From an uncultured Flavobacteriia bacterium (lineage in GTDB: Bacteria > Bacteroidota > Bacteroidia > Flavobacteriales_D > Crocinitomicaceae), in assembly GCA_937975705.1 (NCBI GenBank), contig CALJTX010000019.1, positions 117,748 to 181,747 of the forward strand: a stretch of 64,000 bases of DNA. Reading direction: 5' to 3'. Position numbers and translations under genes: made by a program. Below the pieces are notes generated by a model. The model ran no database searches and was not told where the DNA came from. It saw only the letters and a program-made list of their open reading frames with translations. Positions 44,783 to 54,500 of this stretch are shown piece after piece (position 1 is the first letter of the stretch; each line of letters opens with the position of its first letter).

Positions 44783-46926
44783 TGTTTGTTGTATTGGATA
44801 ATGTAGTTTCCTAAAAATGTGGTAATCGAATAGGCGTTGTTCCCAAAAGAACTCAGCTGTACTTCTTGTTGTCCGTGACGCTTTTCGGTGTCGAGGTCTC
44901 GTCCTAAGTCGTCGAGCAGATAGATTTGGTTGCCTACTGCATCAAGAAGACTTAAAATACTTTGTTTGTTGGGGCCATAGAAACTTGAGAATTGGGTGAG
45001 CTCAACGGCATCAATTGTTTTTTCCCAGACCCGCTGCCCTTTGGCATTGAAGGCATAAAGACTGTTGTTGCGTTTAAAGACAATTATTTGGTTTTCAGCT
45101 TGCATATACGATCCGACACAAAGAACGCGCGCAGGTACCTCAAATTGTTTTTGACCATTCAAAGATAGGAGTGTGGCGGTATTTTTTTCAATTTTCACGG
45201 CATAGCATGCGCTTGCATTACCAACCAAAACGTAAGTTGTATCAGCATTTTGCTTCATAGCAACTTTGCGCTTCGACAAATCAATAATTTGTTGCTGTGT
45301 GTCCGTTAAAATACTGACATATGCCTTTCCACTTTGCTTGTAGCTGTGAATGGAACGCACTTTACTTCCCATACTAAATTGTTTGATGAGCCCTCCCGTC
45401 TCGGAATACAACTGTACGCTATTTGCATTTCCTGCACAGATGAATTCCTTTTTGCCTTTATTTTCAATCACTTGTATGCGTTTGCCCGCATCGTGGGTTA
45501 GGCGGTAGACCAAGCGTCCTGTTTTGTCGAATAGTTGGGCTTCATGCGCAAGTTGCACGCAAATAAGTTGCGGAAACCCGCTCATTTGATAGAGTTCAAC
45601 AACTTCTTGCGTGAGGGCTTTTTCCCATTTGCGCAGACCATTGATGTAACCGACCAATTGGTGGTTTTCTGTCAGGGCGATCACATTACCCCGTTCGGCA
45701 AACGCTGCAAATTGCAACACTCTAAAGCCCGGATTCATTACAAAGTAGTCTCTTATTTTGTCTTGTTGCTGTAACGTTTGCGCATTGAGTTTTTTATAAC
45801 TCGTCTCGATAATTTGCCCTCCGAGTAGTGTAATCGTTTTCTTTTGACCCGCATCTACCCAGCGCGCACTTACTTTTTGTGGCATTTGGGCGTAAATTCT
45901 ACTAGAGAGGTTTTCGTCTTGAGAAAGGGTTTGGCCTAAACTTGCTGCGGCCAAGGCTTGGTTTAATAGAGCTTGGCTTGGACTCGCAAAAGCGTACTGT
46001 CCGGAAACCGCTAAATGCCAGGTCGTCTTTTCTGAGCTGATCAGTTCACTGAACTTTATTTGATCGTAAGAAGCACTTTCTGTATTGAGTTCTTCTTTTC
46101 TGAAATATTCATTAAGCGTTTGGATGGGGTTGGAGTTCTCTTGAAAATCAAAGATGACTAGGCTAGCACTATCTTGTTTGAGGTGCACAAAACCATGGTC
46201 TACACATTTAAACCAAGGGCTTTTGGCAAAAGTAGGGTCGAGTTGTTGGGCATATGATTTTTCATAAAAATAGTAGCGCTTGAAGAAATCGGGAATCACA
46301 TCCGAGAATAGGGCTTGGTCGTCAAGTTTGCGAAGTCTTGGGTTGGGATTTTTGTATTTCACATAACGGTATTGCGCGTCTTTTTTACAGTAAGTTTCTG
46401 TGAGGCGCAGTTGCTTATCCGGTGCCCATTTGATCCGGGCATAACTCGCTTTGGCACTTACGTTGATGCGCAGCGCTTCGGCAGTAGGTAAATCACCTTC
46501 AAAAAGGAGCAATTGATTGCGATTGTATCTGCCGTGTAACTGACCAAATTCAAATTGCTTGAGCTGACCGAGTTGCAGTGCAAAGAGTCCGTTTGAAAAA
46601 AGGTCTTTGATGTCTTTTTGTGTCCAATTCCCCTTTTTTTCGATGAGTATTTTCGTAGATTTAGCGCTAAAGAACAAGGTTACAGGCTCTTTCGCTCTTT
46701 TGACGATGCTATAGTATAAACTTTGATTGAGTTCGGTGGTCACCATGCGTTCGTTCTCCCAATCCAGCGCCTGTGGATCTTGGATGACATAAACCGTTTG
46801 GTCTTTGGCATTGAAATAGGTTCTGAAGTCTACAAGGTTTTCGTTGGAGAGGAGGTCATAGGAGCTGAAAATAACCCAGCTTAGGGCCAAAAGACCAAGA
46901 AGGAGTAGAATAAGACGTTGACGCAT
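44779..46926 (-). CDS. hypothetical exported/anchored protein (715 aa), translationally coupled to the OmpA/TSP3 gene
   Basis: The ATG at 46926 gives MRQRLILLLLGLLALSWVIF (the track start 46974 adds 16 aa). ATGA overlap with the downstream gene. No motif recognised. Confidence 0.45.
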   Translation of the reverse strand: MRQRLILLLLGLLALSWVIFSSYDLLSNENLVDFRTYFNAKDQTVYVIQDPQALDWENERMVTTELNQSLYYSIVKRAKEPVTLFFSAKSTKILIEKKGNWTQKDIKDLFSNGLFALQLGQLKQFEFGQLHGRYNRNQLLLFEGDLPTAEALRINVSAKASYARIKWAPDKQLRLTETYCKKDAQYRYVKYKNPNPRLRKLDDQALFSDVIPDFFKRYYFYEKSYAQQLDPTFAKSPWFKCVDHGFVHLKQDSASLVIFDFQENSNPIQTLNEYFRKEELNTESASYDQIKFSELISSEKTTWHLAVSGQYAFASPSQALLNQALAAASLGQTLSQDENLSSRIYAQMPQKVSARWVDAGQKKTITLLGGQIIETSYKKLNAQTLQQQDKIRDYFVMNPGFRVLQFAAFAERGNVIALTENHQLVGYINGLRKWEKALTQEVVELYQMSGFPQLICVQLAHEAQLFDKTGRLVYRLTHDAGKRIQVIENKGKKEFICAGNANSVQLYSETGGLIKQFSMGSKVRSIHSYKQSGKAYVSILTDTQQQIIDLSKRKVAMKQNADTTYVLVGNASACYAVKIEKNTATLLSLNGQKQFEVPARVLCVGSYMQAENQIIVFKRNNSLYAFNAKGQRVWEKTIDAVELTQFSSFYGPNKQSILSLLDAVGNQIYLLDDLGRDLDTEKRHGQQEVQLSSFGNNAYSITTFLGNYIIQYNKQ

Positions 46927-47023
46927 AAGGTTTTTTTCAAAGTTACACTTTGTGTATCGAGTTGCGTTTGGCATTCTTGAATCTAATCAACAATGGTTTG
47001 TGTACACCAACTTTTGAAAAGCT

Positions 47024-47635
47024 TTACTCAAAAAGATCGAGTTGTGAGCGAATAGGAAGTAGCTGGAAAGTCATGCGGTGATGCGGGCTTGGCCCAAATT
47101 CAGCAATTGCTTTTCTGTGCACGGGTGTTGGGTAGCCCTGATTGCGCTCCCAGGCATATTGCGGATACATTTGGTGTAAATCAGTCATCAATTGATCGCG
47201 ATGGGTTTTGGCGAGAATACTTGCTGCTGCAATGCTTGCAAAACGGGCATCACCTTTTACCATGCAGGCATATGGGATCTGCTCATAAGGTTTGAAACGG
47301 TTTCCGTCCACCAAAATATAAGCGGGCTGAATTTGAAGTTGTGCCAAAGCCCTGTGCATTGCAAGTATACTTGCATTGAGGATATTGATCTGATCAATTT
47401 CGATGTGATCTACAATGCCAATGCCATAGCAAAGTGCTTTTTCTAAGATTTCTGCTCTAAGTACTTCGCGCTTCTTGGCACTTAGTTGTTTGGAATCGTT
47501 GAGGGCAGCTATTGGCCGAGCGGGATCAAGGATAACCGCAGCTGCCACCACAGGGCCTGCCAAGCAACCTCTGCCGGCTTCATCGCAACCGGCTTCCGGC
47601 ACGAGTTCTTGGTATTGTAAGATTAAATCTACCAC
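47024..47635 (-). CDS. rnhB: ribonuclease HII
   Basis: '[18 protein letters not shown]' active-site motif and 'DSKQLS'. GTG start. Confidence 0.9.
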   Translation of the reverse strand: MVDLILQYQELVPEAGCDEAGRGCLAGPVVAAAVILDPARPIAALNDSKQLSAKKREVLRAEILEKALCYGIGIVDHIEIDQINILNASILAMHRALAQLQIQPAYILVDGNRFKPYEQIPYACMVKGDARFASIAAASILAKTHRDQLMTDLHQMYPQYAWERNQGYPTPVHRKAIAEFGPSPHHRMTFQLLPIRSQLDLFE

Positions 47636-47688
47636 ACTACCAAATTATTGAAATATTTTGTAGTTTTATGCTAATCTAAATTGACTCC

Positions 47689-48057
47689 ATGAAAAAACTA
47701 ACTCTTCTCGTATTGGCACTTGGGCTAAACTTGCTCGTTTTTGGTCAAAAAACACTTAGTGCAACTGCAGCAAATGTTGCTGAGCTCAAAGGGGGAGTGG
47801 CTACCGGCCATATCCGACTTACCCTTCCAGCAGAGGTCACTGAAGAAAACGTAGTAATGTACGCTAAATATTATACAAATATGTTTACCGTCGATTTCAA
47901 CGCTACTTCACATGAAGCTACTTTTCATATGCTCACCAACGATGCCAATTCAAGACGCGTTATTTTGCGTTTTTTAGGAGCCAACCAAATCGCCAATGTC
48001 CAAGTAGCAGATCGCGCTTATGACCTCGGCTCATTCTTTGAAAATTTCCTGCAATAA
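47689..48057 (+). CDS. hypothetical exported protein
   Basis: 122 aa with signal peptide MKKLTLLVLALGLNLLVFGQ. No motif recognised. Confidence 0.4.
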   Translation: MKKLTLLVLALGLNLLVFGQKTLSATAANVAELKGGVATGHIRLTLPAEVTEENVVMYAKYYTNMFTVDFNATSHEATFHMLTNDANSRRVILRFLGANQIANVQVADRAYDLGSFFENFLQ

Positions 48058-48081
48058 CAGCAGCCTCTCCACCACATACCC

Positions 48082-48573
48082 ATGAAAATATTTTTTGTTG
48101 CGCTTGCCGCACTATCCCTGACTTTATCTAGCTGTAAAAGCAGTCAAATTGCCTACAAACACTACGGGCCTGTTGCTGTAGATAGCACTCAAGCTATTTC
48201 GCTCGACCAAATGTTGGTCGCTTTTAAAGCCAATCCTCAAAACGACATCTTTACCTTTACAGCACCACTTGTTGGCGTCTGTCAAAGTGCGGGTTGTTGG
48301 GTTAAAGTTCAGCCGAGTAATGGCGACATGATCCGCGTACGCTTCAAAGATCATTTTCTGATACCACCTGTTACCGAAATCAATTCAGTGGCTTATTTCC
48401 ATGGACGAGCATATTTTGACACCATCTCTGTTGAGCTTCAAAAGCACTTCTTGGAAGATGCCAAAGCTCCACAAGCCGATATCGACCGCATTACCGCGCC
48501 GAAAATCGAATTGAATTTTGAAGCCGATGGTGTGTGGGTTAAGAAGACTTCTTCTTCAAAACCAAAAAAGTAA
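48082..48573 (+). CDS. DUF4920-like lipoprotein
   Basis: Lipobox 'LTLSSC'. 'VGVCQSAGCWVKVQ' matches the Cys-x3-GCW motif I associate with DUF4920. Confidence 0.5.
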   Translation: MKIFFVALAALSLTLSSCKSSQIAYKHYGPVAVDSTQAISLDQMLVAFKANPQNDIFTFTAPLVGVCQSAGCWVKVQPSNGDMIRVRFKDHFLIPPVTEINSVAYFHGRAYFDTISVELQKHFLEDAKAPQADIDRITAPKIELNFEADGVWVKKTSSSKPKK

Positions 48574-48695
48574 ACACTACTGATCCTCCTATGATCAGTG
48601 CTTTGGCCCACCACAAATAGGTTGGCATCAAAAACACGGACACCAAGTTTACCGGAATGAGTAAAATAGCCAGTAAATGAAACTTTCCTTGATTG

Positions 48696-49265
48696 CTATT
48701 TTCTGAAATCATATATTCCTCCTGGGGTAAAGCATAGGTGCAGTGGCATGTCGTCTGGATGCAAATCTGCAATAGACACAAATTCATCAAATAAATGTAG
48801 GCCAATGAATAGACAATCTGGCTTACATTGTTTGAGTAAGCGGTCGTAAAATCCTTTTCCGTAACCAACGCGTTGCCCATCTGAGTTGAGGCCTAGAAGC
48901 GGCACAAAAACGTAGTCTAGCTTGTTGGCAAGTAGGGTTCGGCCGTGTTTGGGTTCAGGTATGCCAAAAGAACTGATTTCGAGCTGGCTCGGGTGTTCAT
49001 AATGATACAATGTGAGGCTGTGGTCGCTAAAGTTAGCTTTGGATAAGACCGGGTGCCCGCCTTTTAAAATGATGTCTTCGAGTAAGCCGTAAGTGGAAAT
49101 CTCTTTTTGCCGCTCAATTGGCAAAAAGATGCTCACATATTTTGAGGAGAAGGGTATAGAATCCAGCACAAGTGCTTGCACTTGTGCTGAGATTTTAGTG
49201 ATATCGAAAGGGCTTAGCTGAGCTCGCTTGGCTTTGTATAGCTGGCGAATTTCGGCTTTTGTCAT
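48696..49265 (-). CDS. 5-formyltetrahydrofolate cyclo-ligase
   Basis: 'MTKAEIRQLYKAKRAQLSP' N-terminus and 'GYGKGFYDRLL' signature. 189 aa. Confidence 0.85.
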   Translation of the reverse strand: MTKAEIRQLYKAKRAQLSPFDITKISAQVQALVLDSIPFSSKYVSIFLPIERQKEISTYGLLEDIILKGGHPVLSKANFSDHSLTLYHYEHPSQLEISSFGIPEPKHGRTLLANKLDYVFVPLLGLNSDGQRVGYGKGFYDRLLKQCKPDCLFIGLHLFDEFVSIADLHPDDMPLHLCFTPGGIYDFRK

Positions 49266-49266
49266 G

Positions 49267-51495
49267 TTATAAACGTACGCCGAGTTCAGAGAGCTTGCGG
49301 TTGTCTACTACGCCTGCTTTTTTGCGCAAACCACCCATCGCTTGACCTTCTACTTGGTTGGCTAAGCCTTGCATAAGTTGGTCTTTTTCTGCCTTGAAAT
49401 TGGTAGTGGCAGGCGCTTTAGTGCTCGATTTGATTTGGATCACGTACACACCTGTTTCTCCTTTGAGTGGAAGTGTGCGTTCGCCTTTTTTAAGCGCACC
49501 AGAGAAGAGATTTCCGATAATGGTAGGTTCATAACCTGCATTGGAAATTTGTGGGTTACCGAAAGTAACTTCTGCATCAATTACTGGTGTGTTGAATCTT
49601 TTAGAAACGGCTTGAAGTGATTTGCCAGCCATTTGGTTCATGAAGCGTTTTGCTTTCTTCTCTTGGATGAGTTCTCGTTCCATTTGAGCGCGCACGTTTT
49701 CAAAGAGTGGCTCGCCTTCAGGGCGTATTGCACTTACCATAGCGATGACGTACTTTTCTTTATCGCGAATAGGGGATAGGGTCATGGTACCTACAGTAGC
49801 ATCTTCTGCGAATGCCATTTCAAGTACGCGGTCACGTGCCATGGTGGTCGTGAAGCCAAATACTTTAGGTGCTTTGTCTTCGATTTGAATCACGCGTGGT
49901 GCATAGTTTGCGCGCGTAACAATGGTGTCAAAAAGAGCTGCTTTCTTGAAGGCGTCTTCTTCTTTAGAAATTTTGCGATCAAGCTTCATCAGAATGCCGT
50001 TTACTTCGCTCTCCATGTTGGCAACAGTTTCATCTGAAGGTTTGAAAGTAACGCTGATAGATGCGAGTAATGGGAATTTGCTTGTGCCACGTTCGAGTAC
50101 TTCGATGATGTGGAAACCAAAATCAGTTTTGACAACGCCAACCTTTCCGATAGGTGCAGTAGCACAATAGCCGCCAAATTCTTTGACCATATCGCCTTCG
50201 AGGAAGTCCTCGTATAAGCCACCTTTGTCTTTAGACCCTGGATCTTCTGAGTATTTTTTAGCCATTGCATCCCAGTTGGTTTTGTTCAAAACCTTTGCAA
50301 TGCTATCTGCTGTTTTCTTTTTGGCAGCAATCACTTTTTCGTCTTTGCTGTTGTTGGTAGAAATGAGGATGTGGCGTGCTTTGAGGCTAGAAGGTGTAAA
50401 ACCAATGACTTTAGATAAAACCATCTTTTCTTTAGAAACATAAGGGCCAACCAATTGACCTAATGCAGCCGTTTTGAAAATGGTATCGAGGCTCATTGGG
50501 TAAGTTTGGTAGCGGTCTGCTTTTGGATGCCCTTCCGGTACAGATGTTGCGCGTTTGTCACTGAAGTAAACAGGTGTTTCGCTATTTTTTGCAACAAAGG
50601 CAGAATCGTTTGTGCTGGCAGCAAAACCTGCACGTAACATATTCATTTTGGTGGTGAAAACAGTAGAGTCTGCTTTAGAAGGGCGAATGTTTACATCAAA
50701 CATCTTGACATCGCGACTCGCGTTGCGAACGAGGTATTTTTTGTCTCCTTTGTGTTCGTCATAATAAGCTTTCACTTCTTTTTCTGATACTTTGATATCA
50801 GCGTCAGAGATTTCGGTGTAGCGACGTACAACAAATGAAATCGTTTTCTTTTCGTTGTTCGCGTAGTATTGGTCTTCTGCTTCTAGGTCGGTTACATATA
50901 CTCCTTGTTTGAGCAAGCCAAAGTATTTCTCTGTTTTGCGTCGGTCTGTGTGATAAGCTTTGAAACCATTCCATTGGTCAACTGCTTGCGCTTCTTTAGA
51001 TTTTTTGAGGTTATCTAAGGTAGCCTTGAGTTTAACGCGTCCGTTTTCAATGGATTGTGGTGTTTGAATTCCAGTAAGTGAGTCTGTAAAGAACTGAGCA
51101 AGGTCTTGTAAAACGTTGAAACCGTCTTTAGCATACCAGTATGAATCTAATTCGCGGTCGGTTACGCCGATGCCAAGTTTTTCATATTCTTTACTAAGGA
51201 TTGTAGAATCTACCATGAAATTCCAGGCTTTGTCGCTAGAAGCTTCCATGTCTGTTTCGGTAAATTCTTTGCCGTTTTGTGCAGCTTGGTTGCGCTCTTG
51301 TTCTTGGAACTTAGCACTTGCGATGCTGTAAGTTGCTGGATCTACTTTGTCTCCAAAAACGAGGCCGATGCCGTATTCCCCTTCGCCAATGCCAAATAAA
51401 CTTTGGTAATCATTAAGGATGAAAGCCAACAAGGCGATACCAATCATTGCTACTAATAAGCCAGATTTTGCGCGAATTTTACCGATTAATGCCAT
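49267..51495 (-). CDS. PpiD-like membrane-anchored peptidyl-prolyl isomerase/chaperone
   Basis: N-terminal anchor 'GLLVAMIGIALLAFIL'. Parvulin domain 'KARHILIS ... DPGSKDKGGLYEDF ... GFHIIEVLE'. 742 aa. Confidence 0.8.
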   Translation of the reverse strand: MALIGKIRAKSGLLVAMIGIALLAFILNDYQSLFGIGEGEYGIGLVFGDKVDPATYSIASAKFQEQERNQAAQNGKEFTETDMEASSDKAWNFMVDSTILSKEYEKLGIGVTDRELDSYWYAKDGFNVLQDLAQFFTDSLTGIQTPQSIENGRVKLKATLDNLKKSKEAQAVDQWNGFKAYHTDRRKTEKYFGLLKQGVYVTDLEAEDQYYANNEKKTISFVVRRYTEISDADIKVSEKEVKAYYDEHKGDKKYLVRNASRDVKMFDVNIRPSKADSTVFTTKMNMLRAGFAASTNDSAFVAKNSETPVYFSDKRATSVPEGHPKADRYQTYPMSLDTIFKTAALGQLVGPYVSKEKMVLSKVIGFTPSSLKARHILISTNNSKDEKVIAAKKKTADSIAKVLNKTNWDAMAKKYSEDPGSKDKGGLYEDFLEGDMVKEFGGYCATAPIGKVGVVKTDFGFHIIEVLERGTSKFPLLASISVTFKPSDETVANMESEVNGILMKLDRKISKEEDAFKKAALFDTIVTRANYAPRVIQIEDKAPKVFGFTTTMARDRVLEMAFAEDATVGTMTLSPIRDKEKYVIAMVSAIRPEGEPLFENVRAQMERELIQEKKAKRFMNQMAGKSLQAVSKRFNTPVIDAEVTFGNPQISNAGYEPTIIGNLFSGALKKGERTLPLKGETGVYVIQIKSSTKAPATTNFKAEKDQLMQGLANQVEGQAMGGLRKKAGVVDNRKLSELGVRL

Positions 51496-51565
51496 TTGAG
51501 TTCAATTTTAAGATTGCGAATATATGAAGATTTGAGCAGAGCCCCAAGTATTTGAACACAAAAAA

Positions 51566-51583
51566 GGAGGTCTAGCGACCTCC
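51566..51583 (-). terminator. rho-independent terminator overlapping the stop codon of the giant repeat protein
   Basis: Minus strand reads GGAGGTC-GCTA-GACCTCC followed by a T-run. The hairpin itself encodes the final ...GGGR* codons. Confidence 0.65.
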
Positions 51584-54500
51584 TCCTTTCGTGTTCGTAT
51601 TTTCATTGGTTGGTTTTGGTTTCGGAGTAGCCTCCGAATTGGTAGGTTTCGGCGCCGGTGTTGTTGTAGGTTTCGGTGCCACAGGGTTTGGCGTGGTCGG
51701 TGCCGGTGTTGCTGTAGGCTTTGGTGCTACTGGTTTTGGTGTGGTCGGTGCCGGTGTTGTTGTAGGTTTCGGCGCTACTGGTTTCGGCGCTGTTGGCGCC
51801 GGTGTTGTTGTCGGTTTCGGCGCTACTGGTTTCGGCGCTGTTGGCGCTGGTGTTGTTGTAGGCTTTGGTGCTACTGGTTTTGGTGTGGTTGGCGCTGGAG
51901 TTGGTGCAGGCCTAGGCGCTACAGGTTTTGGCGCTGTTGGCGCCGGATTTGGTCTTGGTGCATTTACATTTGACGGCGTACTGAAGTTATCTTGTTTACC
52001 TTCCGCTTGTTTGTTGCCATTCGGATTGGTCATCATGCCCTGTCCGCCAGTGCTATCGAAAGTAGCTAAATAGACGTCTGTTAGTGTACCGCAGTCATTG
52101 GTTACCGTGATGGTCAGGTTGTTCAAACCTGGCTGAAAACTTACCTCGGCAAGTATGTTCCCATTGGCATTGCTGTATCCAGTGAGCAGTACGCCATTCA
52201 TAGAGAGGGTCACAATCATGTTTGGCGAATAATTCACGATTTGCGCGTCATATGTAAAAATGGACTGATTGGTAGTCTGACCGCTCGGATCCGTATTGTA
52301 GATGACTTGTGGAATAGCACAAGGTTGATAGTTGATTTCTTTTGTTTTGGTATCAGTTCCACAAGTATTTGTCGCTGAAATACTGATGTTGTTATTGCCT
52401 GTCTGAAGTGTCATCGGGATGCTCATTTGATTGCCAACTAGCGTGGCGCCGAATTGAACAATGCCATTATTCAAAGCTTGAATGCCTGAAACTTGCGTAA
52501 TCTGTTCAATTGTTGCTGTGACGATCACATTCGGACTACTTACTTCAAACACCCCAACCCCAGGACTAGTGATTTCTACAGTAGGTTGCACGCAAGGCGC
52601 AGTGTAGGTATAAGTAATATTTTCTGAGGCCACACCACAGTTGTTTTGCGTCGCAACCGTTACAATGTTCGCCCCATTAGTGAGTTGTAATGTCGTGGTA
52701 ATGGTTCCGTTTTGAAAATTGAAAGGTACGACTGCGTTGTTCAACATCAAGTTGATATTCTGGGCGCTGGAAATACCACTTACTGTGGCACTGAACTGAA
52801 GCAGCGGATTGGTCTGTGCACCTGCGGCTTGTCCAAATTGGATAGTTGGTGCATTGCAAGGCACATAGTTGATGGTTAGCGTTTGGCTCACTCGATCGCA
52901 ATCGTTTTTACCTTGGATCACAATTGTGTTCGGGCCAGGTTGTAAGTTCAATGCAGCATTCAAATTCTGGTTTTGAAGCGTAAAGGGCTGCCCAACTTGC
53001 CCATTTAAAGACAAGATGATTTGCGCACTAGTCAGGGCAGTTACCTGAGCGCTCAAGGAGAGTGCAGCTGTTGCAACAGTGCTGCCGTTGAGCCCTGTGT
53101 TTGAAATGCTAATTTGTGGATTCACGCACGGATTGTAATTCACATTCCAAACCTGCACGTCGGTTCCGCAGTTGTTAGAAATACTCAAAACAATGTTGTT
53201 CAAGCCTGATTGCAGCTGAAGTGCTGCACTTAAATTGTTGTTTTGGAAATTGAAAACGCTCGGCGCACCATTGAGGAGCAAACTGATTTGATTGGCATTG
53301 TTGATACCGGTGAGTTGTGCACTCACGTTGAGGAGTTGTTCAGCATTCTGCACGCTTGCAGCCGGGCTAATGTTATTGATTTGCGGAACAGAACAAGGTT
53401 CATAATTGACACTCCAGTTTTCAATATCACTGCCGCATGTGTTGCTTGCTATCAATTGGATGACATTCAGACCAGGTTGAAGCGTGATTGTTGAACTCAA
53501 TTGGTTGTTATTGAAGCTGTAATTTTGAGTTTGTCCGTTGACGGTCAGCTGAATTTGATTGGCAAATGTATTGGCAACAGTGGCACTATAATTAAAATTG
53601 CCAACACTTGTGCTCGCACCATTTGGTATGGCAGTTGTGGTCGTAATTTGTGGTGCCTGACATTGGGAATAATTGATTTGAATAGTCTCGTTGTCGGTGC
53701 CACAAGCATTGGTAACAAGTATGCTGATCTGATTGGCGCCTTGAAGCAGTGTCAGGGCGCTACTGATTTGGTTGTTGTTGAAATTAAAAGGAACATTTAC
53801 GCCATTTAATTTGACTTGAATGGCTTGGCTATTGCTGATATTGCTCACATTGGCCATGAGGTTCAAGTTAGGTAAATTGGTAGTTGTGCCACTCGCACTT
53901 GGTTGAAGAAGGGTAAGCGTTGGAGCGGTGCAGTTATCGTAACGAACGAAGATGGTTCGAGTCATCTGACCGCAGCTGCGCGCAGCACTCAAAACAATTT
54001 GATTGAGTCCTGGTTGCAAACTCACAACTGCACTAAGGTTGCCATTTATGGAATTGAAATTACCGTTTGAATAAGCAAAGCCAACTGGCGAGCCATTATT
54101 GGTAAGGCTCAATCCATTTTGAGATGGCATATTTTGTATGGTGGCAGTCAACGGGAAGGCGCTATTTGTCACAATAAGCGGTGCGTTGCTTGTATTGTTA
54201 ATCCAATTCCCCAATATATTGACATTAGGTGCTAGACAGTCGTCGAAGGTGTATGTAAATGTTTCGACATCGGCTCCACAATCATTGGTGGCGGTAATTG
54301 TCAGTGTATTGACGCCTGGAAGCAATTGCGTATTGAGTTCGAGTTGGCCGGTTGTGGCGGTGTAGGTAAATGCACTTTGCTCAATGCCGTTGAAAATCAC
54401 TTTGATATTGTTGCGGTTACTCACGTTACTTACCGTGACACGCAAACGCAAAGCAGCATTGTTTAGGGTGCTGTTCGCGGCAGGGCTTGTGATTGCAATC

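Noticed and set aside
48539-48880. 113-aa minus-strand ORF (or a 57-aa version from the ATG at 48712) encoding two hydrophobic helices
   Set aside because: It overlaps the 5-formyl-THF cyclo-ligase gene at one end and the convergent DUF4920 gene at the other by 17-35 nt. It could be a real small membrane protein, but the support is insufficient.
51608-51964. Regular 48-nt periodicity that could be mistaken for a CRISPR-like array
   Set aside because: The units are contiguous with no unique spacers, are in frame, and lie inside a long ORF. They translate to a (PKPVAPKPTTTPAPTA)n protein tail.
51591-52073. 160-aa Gly/Val/Phe-rich ORF on the + strand
   Set aside because: It is the antisense shadow of the Pro/Thr/Lys-rich tandem repeat at the 3' end of the giant minus-strand gene. 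Its low-complexity translation follows the codon-complement pattern.
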